From Planctomycetota bacterium (GTDB lineage Bacteria > Planctomycetota > GCA-002687715 > CAIWVZ01), in contig JBGANV010000001.1 of NCBI GenBank assembly GCA_044222185.1, positions 2,080,001 through 2,144,000 on the forward strand: DNA of 64,000 nucleotides. Reading direction: 5' to 3'. Position 1 is the stretch's first letter. Each line of letters opens with the position of its first letter. Shown one piece after another: positions 38,864 to 48,891 of this stretch. The notes beneath the pieces are model-generated. The model was not told the DNA's origin. It was given only the letters and a program-made list of their open reading frames with translations, and did not search any database. The translations under genes and the position numbers were made by a program.

Positions 38864-39262
38864 AGCGCCAGGCTCTGCATGGCCGGACGGCAGGGCTCCA
38901 GCCCTGCCGAGAATGCCCACCGGGCTTCATCGGCTGCACGCAGCACGCCGCACCGGCCGACGACACTCATCGGGCGCAGGACTCCTCGTCGATCCTCCCG
39001 GCAGGGCTGGAGCCCTGCCAGCCAGCCACGCGCAGCGTGGCGTTCCGGCGCGGCAACACTCACGTGGATCCGCTGCAAGCAGCGCCAGGCTCTGCATGGC
39101 CGGACGGCAGGGCTCCAGCCCTGCCCGGAGCGGCGACACTGATCGAGGCCGCGCCTCTGCATCGGTCCGGCCGACGACACGCACGCACGGATTGAACGGT
39201 CACCTTCAAACCCGGCAGGGCTGGAGCCCTGCCAGCCAGCCACGCGCAGCGTGGCGTTCCGG
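38864..39262. repeat. Tandem REP-like inverted doublets (BIME/REPIN-like)
   Basis: 20-nt palindrome GGCAGGGCT(CC/GG)AGCCCTGCC at 38889, 39000, 39106 and 39214 in alternating orientation; 45-nt unit A at 38864 and 39081, 52-nt unit B at 38997 and 39211. Confidence 0.85.
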
Positions 39263-39516
39263 GCGCGACAGCCAAAGTGGAAAAACGCGGCGGGGGTGGC
39301 TGGGGCGTTCGGGTATTCGCCAATTGGCGCGAGGGCGGAGTGACGAACGCGGACCTGCGACTGAGGCGGCGGCGGCGAGCGCTGAATCCAATCCGGCACC
39401 CTGGTGCAGTCGATCGACGCCGACTATTCTCCTGCCTCGAAGCGTCGGCACGGTCGCCCGCCACGCTTCTCGACGGCGCCCCACCCGCCGATTTCGCGCG
39501 CGACGTCCCGCTCGCC

Positions 39517-42500
39517 ATGCCAACAAGAAGAAGGTGCACGGTCCCGGTTGGGGTCGTGTTTCTCTGTCTCGTTTCGGTACTGAAGGCGCAGACGACCGTC
39601 ACGTTCCAAGCAGGCGGTGCTGCCGGAACGACGAACACGCTCTGCAGGTCCTGCTACATCAACCAGACTGCGGCCATCACCGGCGGCAGTGCTTGGGTGG
39701 CCGAGTCGAACACGCTCGTCATCCAGAACCAGGGTGGCGTCGGACTCGTCGACTTCCCGGACGTCATCGGCACCGGAAGCGGCCGCATCCCACCAGGCTC
39801 GACGATCACGAGTGCCGTGCTGCAGCTCTACTGCCTCTCGGCAAACGGGACGCTTTCGTCTGCGCGCACCATCACGTGCACCCCGATCAAGGACATGGAC
39901 CGCCTCGGCACCTGGCGTGAGCCCGAGATTCCGACGACCGTCGCGACGGGCGTCGAACAGGGCGTGATGTGGCGCCGCCGCAACCGTTATCGCGACGCAA
40001 GCGGGCAACTGACCGACGACGTGCCGTGGGACCTCGGAACGAGCACCGGGCCGTCACTCGCGAACGACCCGTCGATCGTCGCCGCGTTCCCCACGATCGT
40101 GTCGTCGTTCACGTCGACGCCCTCGTCCGGCACGACCGGGATCAACTTGTTTCACACGTGGAACGTCACGACGGCCGTGAGTTTCTGGGCACAAGGGCTT
40201 CCGAATCAGGGGTTCCACTTGTCCTCGAGCTCGACGCAGGCGTTGAACTACGCCTCGGACGATCACGCGACCGTCGCACAACGTCCCAAACTCGTCGTCA
40301 CGTACGTCCCACCCGGCCCCGGAGTGCAGCCATTCAATCACGTACCCGTTCTCGGCAACGTGGGCGCGCTCAGCACCACCGTCGGCGTCGACATCCCGAT
40401 CATCCTCGCGGCCGCCGACCCCGATCCCACGCCACTCGAGTTCCTCATCACGACGAACCCGCTGAAGGGCACGATCGTCGGGACACCTCCGTACATCACC
40501 TACCGGCCGAATCCCGGCGCGACGGGAGCGGACTCGTTCGCATGGACCGCTCGCGACCAGGTGACGACGGCCTACCCGCAGACCGTCGCGATCAACATCG
40601 CCACGAGCGCCTCGACGGTGACGGCGACCTTCCAGGAGGGCGTCGCGCCAGCGGCGAACCTCGCAGTCGGTGCGACGAAGAACTGCTCGACGGATTTCGT
40701 CGCGGCGCCGGGCCCGCAGCGTTGCATCAACGACATCGAGGTCCGCATCATCCCCGACTATCGCCAGGGCTTCCTCCAGTTCCCCCAACTGATCGGGAGC
40801 GGCGTGGGCCAGGTTCCCGCGGGCTCCAACGTCCTGTCGGCGCGGCTCGAGCTCAAGACGAAAGACATCTGGACGGCCGGTAGCCCGGAGCGCGTCATCC
40901 AGCTCCGCCGGATACTCGACCCGCTGGCCCGCGGAACGTCGTGGACCGAGCCACCGACGCTCACGCCGATCGAGCCCACGGGCTGTACGTCGTGCGCCGT
41001 CTCGTTCAGCTACCCGGACTCCACGCAAACGTCGCAGCCGTGGCACATCCCGGGCGGCGACGTCCACCCCTACGAAGGTTCGAGCTTCACCATCACACCG
41101 ACGGAAAGCGGCCAGATCTGGAAATCGATCGACGTCACGAACGCCGTGCGCGCGTGGGCTTCTGGTGAGCCGAACTTCGGTTGGCAGATCCGGATGCCGA
41201 ATCTGAACGCGAGCGCGAGCGGCATCGTCCTGTGGACCGACGACGCGACGGCGCCCGCCGATCGCCCGCGGTTGAGCGTGAGCTATCGCCCTGCAGGCCC
41301 CCTGGCCGGCGCACCGCCGCACGTGATCGCCGGGCCGGCACAGCTCGTGTTCTCCGACCAGACGGTGACTCTGGACGGGCAAGGAACGACGTACCCCGGT
41401 GGGACGCTCGCCTCGACGATCTGGCTGCAAGTCGCCGGACCTGCCGTCCAGCTCTCTTCCACCTCGTCGATGACGACGACGTTCACGGCGCCCCACGTCG
41501 CGGGCACGAGCAACGTCGAGCTGCGCTTCGTGCTCGGCGTCATCGACAACACGGGTCACTACGCAGCAGACACGGTGCGGATCATCGTGCAACCCCAGCC
41601 CGGCTCGGGGTCGATCCCCTCGCCCACCGTCAGCGCCGGCGCAAATCGAACGGACCCCGAGCTCACGACCGTCACCCTGAACGGCACGGCGTCGGGCGGC
41701 ACCGGCGCGCAGAACCTCAGCGTTCGCTGGACGCAGTTGTCGGGCCCGCACGTCATCATGACCGGGGCGCAGACCCTCACGCCCAGTTTCATCACGCCTC
41801 CGCTCGCCGTTCCGAGCACGCCGCTCGTCTTCGACCTCGCGGTGACGGACGACGGCGTGACACCGCCCCTCGTCTCGGTCGTTCACGACACGATCACCGT
41901 GACCGTGACCAACGCTTTCAATTCGCCGCCCAACCCATCCACCGCCGGCACGCCGTCCACCGTCGAGTCGGGATCGTGGATGGTGCTCGACGGCTCGTCC
42001 AGCACCGACCCGCAAGGTCAAGTGCTTTCCTTCGCCTGGTCGCAGGTGTCGCCGTCCTCGCCGGCTATCCCGCTTTCGGCCTACGTCACTCACCCGTCAG
42101 TCACCGCGGCGCACACTCCGCTGCTCGCGCCGCAGGTGGCAGCGCCGACGGTGTTCACGTTCCACCTCGTGGTGAGCGACGGCGAGCTCTCGGCCTCGAC
42201 GAACGTCTCCGTCACGGTGACGCCGTCGCCTCAGCCGTTCCAAGGCACGAACTCCATGACGCCCTACAGGGACCAGCTCTCACGGGAGGAAGCGCAGCAT
42301 CTGCTCCGCCGGATGGGAACCGGGTGGCACCCCGACGACGTGGCCCAGGTCCGGAGTGCGGGCCTCGCGGCGACCGTAGCCTCCGCGGTCGTGCCGGCCC
42401 CGCGTCTTGTCGGCGGGCAACTGTCGCCAGCGCTCCAGGAAGCACTGTTCTATGCGTCCACGGTCTCGTTCCCGTTCCTGGGGCCGCCCCCGATCTTCAA

Positions 42501-43872
42501 CCCCAGCTTCGATCCCTACGCCCAGTATCTGCCAGAACACGTCACGGCGCAGTGGCTGATCCACGCGTTCCGCACGACGAGCCCGTTGCATGAGCGCATG
42601 TGCCAGTTCTGGCACGATCGGCTCGCAGTCAGCATCGGCAACCTCGTGGACCAGAAGCGGCACTGGGGCCCGATCCACCAGGACATGATCCGGTTCGGCG
42701 CGACCCCCGGTGGCGGCGCGCTGGGCAACTTTCGGACGCTGCTCGTGGACTTCGTTCGCGACCCCGCCTGCCTGGCGTTCATCGATGGTTTCGAGAACTT
42801 CAGCTTCGCGCCCAACGAGAACTTCGCTCGCGAGTTCATGGAGCTGCACACGCTCGGGATCCTCGACATCGCCACGGGACAACCGAACTACACGGAGACC
42901 GACGTCCGTGAGTGCGCACGCGCGTTCACGGGCTATCGACCGACGTGCTACCCGGCGAGCTCGCCGACGCCCACGTGCTACCCGAGCTTCGTGCCGTTCT
43001 TCCACGACACGGGCGTGAAGACGATCCTGGGACAGGTCGGCAACTTCGACGACGCCGGCGTCGTCGACGTCGTTCTCGGTTATGCATCCAACGGGATCCC
43101 GGGCCAGAAGGCGTCGCGATATCTCGCAAAGAACCTCCTCCGCGCGTTCGTCATGGACGCGCCGTCGCTCTCGCTCATCGACGAACTCGCCACGATCATC
43201 CGCTCCAACAACTGGGAGCTGACGCCGGTGATGAGCGCACTGCTCCGTTCCAACGCCATGTTCTCGCCGGCCGCGCGACGGTCGATCGTGAAGAGCCCGG
43301 TGGAGGTGGCACTCGGCATCGTGAAGACGCTGAAGGTGCCGGTGCAGACGCACGACATCGTGGCGCCCTCCTACGAAGGCATCCGGTACAACCTCGCGTT
43401 CATGGGACAGGTCCTCGGTCAGCCCATCGACGTGAACGGATGGCCGTCCGGTCTGGACTGGCTCACCGAGTACTCGATGATCCGGTACATGGAACTCGTC
43501 CGGAGCATGCTGAACCTCGCGCGAGCGCCGACGAATCCGGCGACGCTCACGGGTGCATTCCCCGGCATCCCGCCCACTCCGACGGACATCACGAAGTTCC
43601 TTCCGCCCATCAGCGCGCGCACCGGGACGAACACCGTCGCCTACCTCGCGAAGACGCTCGACGTCGACCTCGCGACCTCACCAGCCAGCGGGGCGTCGTC
43701 CTCCGAGTTCCAGCTCTTCGTCGATTACATCGATCATCAGGCTCTCTACTCGGCGACGGTGCCCTACGTCCTCGGCGGCACGCCCTTCAACGGAGACAAC
43801 CCCAATCACCTCGACAAGCTCTGGAGTACGGTGATGCTCTTCCTCCTCCACCCGGACTTCCAGAAGCTGTAG
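39517..43872 (+). CDS. Large secreted protein: two DNRLRE-like domains, cadherin-like Ig, three PKD-like domains and C-terminal DUF1800
   Basis: ITSAVLQLY...RPKL.V.Y-type unit twice; W.Q..GP PKD-like repeats; DUF1800 motifs HLLRRMG, LHERMCQFWHD, PNENFAREFMELHTLG, YTETDV.ECARAFTG, KSPVE. Confidence 0.88.
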   Translation: MPTRRRCTVPVGVVFLCLVSVLKAQTTVTFQAGGAAGTTNTLCRSCYINQTAAITGGSAWVAESNTLVIQNQGGVGLVDFPDVIGTGSGRIPPGSTITSAVLQLYCLSANGTLSSARTITCTPIKDMDRLGTWREPEIPTTVATGVEQGVMWRRRNRYRDASGQLTDDVPWDLGTSTGPSLANDPSIVAAFPTIVSSFTSTPSSGTTGINLFHTWNVTTAVSFWAQGLPNQGFHLSSSSTQALNYASDDHATVAQRPKLVVTYVPPGPGVQPFNHVPVLGNVGALSTTVGVDIPIILAAADPDPTPLEFLITTNPLKGTIVGTPPYITYRPNPGATGADSFAWTARDQVTTAYPQTVAINIATSASTVTATFQEGVAPAANLAVGATKNCSTDFVAAPGPQRCINDIEVRIIPDYRQGFLQFPQLIGSGVGQVPAGSNVLSARLELKTKDIWTAGSPERVIQLRRILDPLARGTSWTEPPTLTPIEPTGCTSCAVSFSYPDSTQTSQPWHIPGGDVHPYEGSSFTITPTESGQIWKSIDVTNAVRAWASGEPNFGWQIRMPNLNASASGIVLWTDDATAPADRPRLSVSYRPAGPLAGAPPHVIAGPAQLVFSDQTVTLDGQGTTYPGGTLASTIWLQVAGPAVQLSSTSSMTTTFTAPHVAGTSNVELRFVLGVIDNTGHYAADTVRIIVQPQPGSGSIPSPTVSAGANRTDPELTTVTLNGTASGGTGAQNLSVRWTQLSGPHVIMTGAQTLTPSFITPPLAVPSTPLVFDLAVTDDGVTPPLVSVVHDTITVTVTNAFNSPPNPSTAGTPSTVESGSWMVLDGSSSTDPQGQVLSFAWSQVSPSSPAIPLSAYVTHPSVTAAHTPLLAPQVAAPTVFTFHLVVSDGELSASTNVSVTVTPSPQPFQGTNSMTPYRDQLSREEAQHLLRRMGTGWHPDDVAQVRSAGLAATVASAVVPAPRLVGGQLSPALQEALFYASTVSFPFLGPPPIFNPSFDPYAQYLPEHVTAQWLIHAFRTTSPLHERMCQFWHDRLAVSIGNLVDQKRHWGPIHQDMIRFGATPGGGALGNFRTLLVDFVRDPACLAFIDGFENFSFAPNENFAREFMELHTLGILDIATGQPNYTETDVRECARAFTGYRPTCYPASSPTPTCYPSFVPFFHDTGVKTILGQVGNFDDAGVVDVVLGYASNGIPGQKASRYLAKNLLRAFVMDAPSLSLIDELATIIRSNNWELTPVMSALLRSNAMFSPAARRSIVKSPVEVALGIVKTLKVPVQTHDIVAPSYEGIRYNLAFMGQVLGQPIDVNGWPSGLDWLTEYSMIRYMELVRSMLNLARAPTNPATLTGAFPGIPPTPTDITKFLPPISARTGTNTVAYLAKTLDVDLATSPASGASSSEFQLFVDYIDHQALYSATVPYVLGGTPFNGDNPNHLDKLWSTVMLFLLHPDFQKL

Positions 43873-43883
43873 GAGCCAACGTC

Positions 43884-45197
43884 ATGACTCTCTCCCGTCG
43901 AAAGTTCCTCGGTCGAGTCGCCGCCGGCGTCGGCGCTGCGGCCCTGCACCCGATCTTCGCGTCCGCCGCCGCTGCCGCTCCGGCCGTGCGCCGGCCCGGG
44001 CTCAACAATCTCGTTCTGCTCAACCTGGAAGGCGGGCTGGATGGTTTGTCGCTGCTGATCCCGCAGCCGTCGCTCCCGGCCTACGCCACCTACGCAAGCC
44101 GGCGCTCACGGATCATCCCGGATCTGGCTGGGGCACCACGAACGTTGAACGGTGTTCCGGATTACAAGCTGCACCCGTCCCTGAACGTCATCCAGTCCGA
44201 GTTCAACCTGGGCAAGTGCGCCATCGTCCGGAAGGTGGGGAACCCGATCCCCAACTTCTCGCACTTCTCGTCGAAGGACCTGATGTCGCTCGGTCGCAAC
44301 GACCTGAACCACCCGGATCACCGGGGATGGCTCGGGCGGGTTGCCGACGTGCACTTCACATCGGGGCCGCCGACGACGAATGCGCTTCGCATCGTCGGAC
44401 TCGGGGTTCCCCGGCTGTTGGATTTCAACTCGAACGTCGTGCGGCCGGTCGTCATCAACAACCTCAGCAACCTCGTCTCGTTCAACTACGTTTCCGCGAT
44501 GGAGAGCGCCTATCGGAAGGACACGATCCAGCAGATGCTGCCGCAGACGTTCGCGTCTCGAGGCCCCGCCGACGCATCGATCCGTCAACTGATGGCGCAG
44601 GCGACCGCGATGCAGTCACTGCTGGCCCCCGCCCTGAACGTCACGCTGCCGAACGCGGCCTCCTACCCGACGAACGACCTCTTCGCCGGCGCGCTGAAGG
44701 ACATCGCGCGGATGATCGCGCTGAACGTCGGAACGCGCATCTACTACGCCGGGACGTCGCAGTTCGACACGCACATCGGCGAAGAGAATGCGAGCTTGAG
44801 CGCCGGCAGCAAGCCCACGCTCACGATGCGTTTGAATGCCGTCATGCAGGCCCTCTCGGCCTTCGTGGCGGATCTGAAGTCGGCATCGATCGGCGCCTGG
44901 AACCAGACGGCGATCGTGCTCTTCTCCGAGTTCGGCCGTCGCAACTACGACAACGAAGCGGGCGGGACGGACCACGGGTACGGCAGCCACTGCTTCGTGC
45001 TCGGTGGAAGTGTGCTCGGCGGTCTGAAGGGCAACGGCCTCGTCACCGCCGATCTCACGTCGGACAACCTGCCCGTCGAGATCGACATCCGCGCCGTGTA
45101 CAAGGCGTGCCTGGGGAACTGGCTCGGCTTGGACCCCGTGCCGATCTTCGACGACTTCGTCGCCTCACCGCAGCAGCCTGCGTTCCAGTTGTTCTGA
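43884..45197 (+). CDS. Tat-exported DUF1501 protein
   Basis: MTLSRRKFL leader; L.GGLDGLS, SHFSS, FDTH, SEFGRR and GTDHG motifs; SD AGGAG. Confidence 0.9.
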   Translation: MTLSRRKFLGRVAAGVGAAALHPIFASAAAAAPAVRRPGLNNLVLLNLEGGLDGLSLLIPQPSLPAYATYASRRSRIIPDLAGAPRTLNGVPDYKLHPSLNVIQSEFNLGKCAIVRKVGNPIPNFSHFSSKDLMSLGRNDLNHPDHRGWLGRVADVHFTSGPPTTNALRIVGLGVPRLLDFNSNVVRPVVINNLSNLVSFNYVSAMESAYRKDTIQQMLPQTFASRGPADASIRQLMAQATAMQSLLAPALNVTLPNAASYPTNDLFAGALKDIARMIALNVGTRIYYAGTSQFDTHIGEENASLSAGSKPTLTMRLNAVMQALSAFVADLKSASIGAWNQTAIVLFSEFGRRNYDNEAGGTDHGYGSHCFVLGGSVLGGLKGNGLVTADLTSDNLPVEIDIRAVYKACLGNWLGLDPVPIFDDFVASPQQPAFQLF

Positions 45198-45240
45198 GCG
45201 TCGCGGCTGCCGCCGCATTCTCGCCGTCTCCCGCCGCAGT

Positions 45241-45948
45241 TCAGGTCGGTGGCGGCGGCTGCTGCGACCGGCTCTTCTCGTACGCCGCGACGGCTGCGGC
45301 GGTGAGCGGGGCCATCTTCGACGTCGCGTTCACGGTCTGGAGCACGAGCAGGAGTCCGATCCTGTGAGGCATCACGTCCTTCACGGCGATCAGGGCCTCT
45401 GCGATGGCGTGGGCGGCGGCCCGAATCCGCGCCTTGAGGTCTGCCCCCACCGGCTCGAGCGCGAGATCCACGGTCGCACGCAGATCGTAGGCGATGGCCA
45501 TCGAGTGGACCGTTGGATGGCCCTCCGGCGGGATCGAAAGCGGAGCCCGATTGCGGAGTTCTTTCCTGCCGCAGTTCGCCGCGAAGAACTCGAACACTTC
45601 CCTCTTCAGGTCCGGGAACTCGGCGAGCGAATAGCCGATTGGACTGAGCCGGTCACGGAGGATGCCGACGACGGAGTCCGCTGGGGCCTTGGAAACGTCG
45701 AGGACATCCCCGCAGATCGTGGCGTTCGCGTGGTCGCCAAGGATCAGCGTGCCGGGATTGACCGAGAGTTGCCGGAGCGAGGTCTTCATCAGGGAGTCGA
45801 GGCAGAGCTCGCCCGTGACGCTGGCGAGGGCCGTGAGGAGGTCCTCGGCGCGGATGCGCCCCGCCGGATCGCGCATCTTCCCGCAAACCGCATTGAACAG
45901 GGCCTTCCCGGCCGCGCTTTCCTTGTCGCCCGCCTTCTTCCAGAACAT
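45241..45948 (-). CDS. Hypothetical protein
   Basis: Natural amino-acid composition; SD GGAGAGG before ATG 45948; no family recognised. Confidence 0.7.
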   Translation of the reverse strand: MFWKKAGDKESAAGKALFNAVCGKMRDPAGRIRAEDLLTALASVTGELCLDSLMKTSLRQLSVNPGTLILGDHANATICGDVLDVSKAPADSVVGILRDRLSPIGYSLAEFPDLKREVFEFFAANCGRKELRNRAPLSIPPEGHPTVHSMAIAYDLRATVDLALEPVGADLKARIRAAAHAIAEALIAVKDVMPHRIGLLLVLQTVNATSKMAPLTAAAVAAYEKSRSQQPPPPT

Positions 45949-46038
45949 GGACCTCTCCGTCGGTGCGGAGATTACCACGCCGATTGCCGCGCGGCCCTCA
46001 CTGGCGATGGCCGGCGCTGATGAGGGCTCGCCCGCGAA

Positions 46039-46857
46039 CTACTTCGCCAGCAGCACGGGGCACGGTGCCAGTTGCAGGAGCTTCTCGCTCACGCTGCCGA
46101 CGAGGAGTCCCTCGAGGAGTCCCAATCCCCGACGCCCCATGACGATCATGTGATGGCCCCCGCGCTTCAGCTCGGCCATGAGCTCCATCGCCGGGTCGCC
46201 CGCGACGTCGCGCGTCGTGACGTTCAGCCCGGCGAGGCCCGCCGCGCCCACGGCGTCTCGGAGGATCGGCTCGGCGGACGGCGCTCCGGGCGACCGCACG
46301 TGCATCGCCACGATCTCCGCCTTGGGGAAGAACGTGTGGGCCGAGCGCAGGGCCCGAACGCTGTGGGACGACCCATCGACGGCCACCAGCACTTTCCGCA
46401 TGGGTCCCAGCGGCGGGTGATTCCCCGTCACCAGCACGGAGCACGGCGCCAGCCGCACGACTTCCGTGCTGACGGTGCCGATGAGGAGCCGCTTCAGCTT
46501 CCCGGCGCCCCGTTGGCCGATCACGATCAGCTCGGCACCGACCTCCAGCGCCTTGTCCAGGATCGTCTCCACGGGGAGCCAGTTGCGGACGTGCTCGAAC
46601 GCGACCAGGCCCCGGGCCCGAAGCGCGTCGGCCGCGTTCTTCAGCATCGCTGACGCCTCTCGGGACGAGGTCGCGATGAGCTGCTCGACCACCTGGGCAC
46701 TGGCGTGGGATGGCACGGCCTGCAGGTGGACGGAGTTGACGAGGTGGACCTCGGCCGGAACGGTCAGCGCGATCTCACTCGCCCAGCCGAGCGCGCATTC
46801 AGCATCCGACGTCTGGTTGTATGCAACGACAATCTTCACGTGGCCGCTCCTTTGCAT
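46039..46857 (-). CDS. Universal stress protein, tandem USP domains
   Basis: KIVVAY, LIVIGQRG...LLIGTVS, KVLVAVDGS, MIVMGRRG...LVGSVSEK...APCPVL. Confidence 0.92.
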   Translation of the reverse strand: MQRSGHVKIVVAYNQTSDAECALGWASEIALTVPAEVHLVNSVHLQAVPSHASAQVVEQLIATSSREASAMLKNAADALRARGLVAFEHVRNWLPVETILDKALEVGAELIVIGQRGAGKLKRLLIGTVSTEVVRLAPCSVLVTGNHPPLGPMRKVLVAVDGSSHSVRALRSAHTFFPKAEIVAMHVRSPGAPSAEPILRDAVGAAGLAGLNVTTRDVAGDPAMELMAELKRGGHHMIVMGRRGLGLLEGLLVGSVSEKLLQLAPCPVLLAK

Positions 46858-47119
46858 CGCATCGCTGTCCGACTCGCGCGGACTGTATTCGCTCGCCGAA
46901 CGCGGTGACACAACCGACGCGCCGCCTACGCAAAATGTCGGGAACGTCGGAGACGGCCGACGGCAGCGCGGAAGCGGGCCGTCGCGTGCACCGCCTGAGC
47001 CTCATGACGCGGTGATTCGACGGTGGATCGGCGGCGCGCCGCTCGATCGGCCGCCCCAGCGCTCAGCCACGAGCCGCACGACGCCGCCGCGCGGGCCGAT
47101 CGGACGGCGCGCCACGCGG

Positions 47120-47135
47120 TACGCACTGTTCCGTA
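47120..47135. promoter_or_regulatory. Candidate NarL-type 7-2-7 operator upstream of the Rieske operon
   Basis: TACGCAC-TG-TTCCGTA imperfect inverted heptamers, 18 nt upstream of a TATAAG hexamer at 47154. Confidence 0.4.
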
Positions 47136-47199
47136 GCTCCTGGCAACACCATGTATAAGAGCGGCCCTCGCACTGGAACAATGACGCGGGAGCCACTTC

Positions 47200-47811
47200 A
47201 TGCAGCACAGCCACGAGCCCAAGCCGAGCCAAGATCCAAGCACTGCTGACCGGCGCACGTTCCTCTCGACGGCCTCGTCCGTCGTCATGGCCGGCGGCCT
47301 TCTCGCGGGTTACGGCACGTTCGCAGGGTTCGCCGCGCGCTACCTCTATCCGGCGAAGCCGACTCCGAAGGGCTGGATGTTCGTGGCGACGACGACGTCG
47401 CTGAAGCCGGGAGAATCGCTGGCCTACAAGACTCCCGCCGGTGCCGCCGTGGCGATCGCTCGCCAGGGCGCGGGCGAAACCGCCGCGGATTTCATCGCGC
47501 TCTCGAGCACGTGTCCTCACCTGGGCTGCCAGGTGCATTGGGAGTCGAAGGACAGCCGCTTCTTCTGCCCGTGCCACAACGGTGCGTTCGACGGGAACGG
47601 CGTCGCCATCGGTGGTCCCCCGAAGGAGGCCGGCCAATCCCTGCCGCGATACCCGCTCAAGGTCGAACACGGGCTCCTGTTCATCGAAGTGCCGACGGGT
47701 CGAGAGATCGCGTCCGCCGATCGACCCGCACGCGAGGCCCCGTGCCGTCCCCGTCGGGACATCCAAGCGTTCGACGGGCCCCTCGGCGACACGACGGAAA
47801 TGCGAGTCTGA
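47200..47811 (+). CDS. qcrA: Rieske [2Fe-2S] subunit of a quinol:cytochrome c oxidoreductase
   Basis: Tat motif DRRTFL plus TM helix; CPHLGC and CPCH boxes; GGPP loop. Confidence 0.92.
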   Translation: MQHSHEPKPSQDPSTADRRTFLSTASSVVMAGGLLAGYGTFAGFAARYLYPAKPTPKGWMFVATTTSLKPGESLAYKTPAGAAVAIARQGAGETAADFIALSSTCPHLGCQVHWESKDSRFFCPCHNGAFDGNGVAIGGPPKEAGQSLPRYPLKVEHGLLFIEVPTGREIASADRPAREAPCRPRRDIQAFDGPLGDTTEMRV

Positions 47812-47814
47812 CCC

Positions 47815-48864
47815 ATGGCGACGATCAAGGCATGGCTTCGTGAGCGCATTCCGCTCGACCCCGCGCAGCTGCGCGAGATCACGAATGAACCCGTCCCCTA
47901 TCACCTGAAACGTTGGTGGTTCTGCCTGGGCGGAACCCCCATGTATCTCTTCGTCGTCCAGATCGTGACGGGGATCCTCCTGGCGTTCTACTACGAGGCG
48001 TCACCGGGTCGCGCCTACGACTCCGTCCGCTTCATCACGGACCACGCGGCCTACGGATGGTTCCTGCGCAGCATGCACAAGTGGGCGGCGACGCTGATGG
48101 TGGCGGCCGTCATCCTCCACCAGATGCGGATCTTCTTCACGGGCGCCTACCGGAAGCCGCGCGAACTCAACTGGATGATCGGCATGTGCCTGCTCTTGTG
48201 CACGCTCGTCGCCGGGTTCACGGGCTACAGCCTCGTGTTCGAGCAGTTGAGTTTCTGGGGCGCGACGGTCGCGGCGAACATCACGGACACGATCCCGGTC
48301 GTCGGTGGGTTGTTGAAGCGCATGCTGCTTGCCGGCGATGCCTACAACGAGCAGACGGTTCCCCGGTTCTTCATCCTTCACGCCGCCGTCCTGCCGGTGA
48401 CGATGACGCTGCTCCTCGCCATTCACATCGGCCTGATCCGGCTCCAGGGAATCACCGAGTTCAAGTTCCGCGACGAACCGGAAGGCAAGCCGCGCATCTT
48501 CGCCTTCTTCCCGGATCACTTCTTCACGGAGCTCATGATCGGGCTCTTCCTGATGATCCTGCTCGGCGCGCTCTCGGTCGTCCTCCCCGCGGACATGGGC
48601 CCCAAGGCCAACCCGCTCGCGACGCCCGAGATCATCAAACCCGAGTGGTACTTCTACGTCGCATTCAGGTGGCTGAAGCTGTTCTCGGGCGTCTTCGCCG
48701 TGCTGAGCATGGGGCTCGTGGTGTTCACGATGTTCCTCTGGCCCTTCATCGACGGCTGGTTCCGCAAGCGTGCGAGATTCGCCGAAGCGAGCGTGTGGAT
48801 CGGGATCGTCGCCGTGTCGCTGATCGTCAGCCTCACGGTCTGGGAAGCCGCGGTCGCGCACTGA
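47815..48864 (+). CDS. qcrB: Cytochrome b (b6-type fused to subunit IV)
   Basis: Four heme His (SMHKW, ILHQM, ILHAA, AIHIG); PRELNW; IKPEWY Qo motif; FCLGG heme-ci Cys motif. Confidence 0.93.
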   Translation: MATIKAWLRERIPLDPAQLREITNEPVPYHLKRWWFCLGGTPMYLFVVQIVTGILLAFYYEASPGRAYDSVRFITDHAAYGWFLRSMHKWAATLMVAAVILHQMRIFFTGAYRKPRELNWMIGMCLLLCTLVAGFTGYSLVFEQLSFWGATVAANITDTIPVVGGLLKRMLLAGDAYNEQTVPRFFILHAAVLPVTMTLLLAIHIGLIRLQGITEFKFRDEPEGKPRIFAFFPDHFFTELMIGLFLMILLGALSVVLPADMGPKANPLATPEIIKPEWYFYVAFRWLKLFSGVFAVLSMGLVVFTMFLWPFIDGWFRKRARFAEASVWIGIVAVSLIVSLTVWEAAVAH

Positions 48865-48891
48865 ACCCCAAACGAATACCGGAGATCGTGA

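Noticed and set aside
38864-39262. Possible CRISPR array
   Set aside because: Repeats alternate in orientation, intervening segments are irregular and partly conserved, and no cas genes are present; it fits REP doublets better
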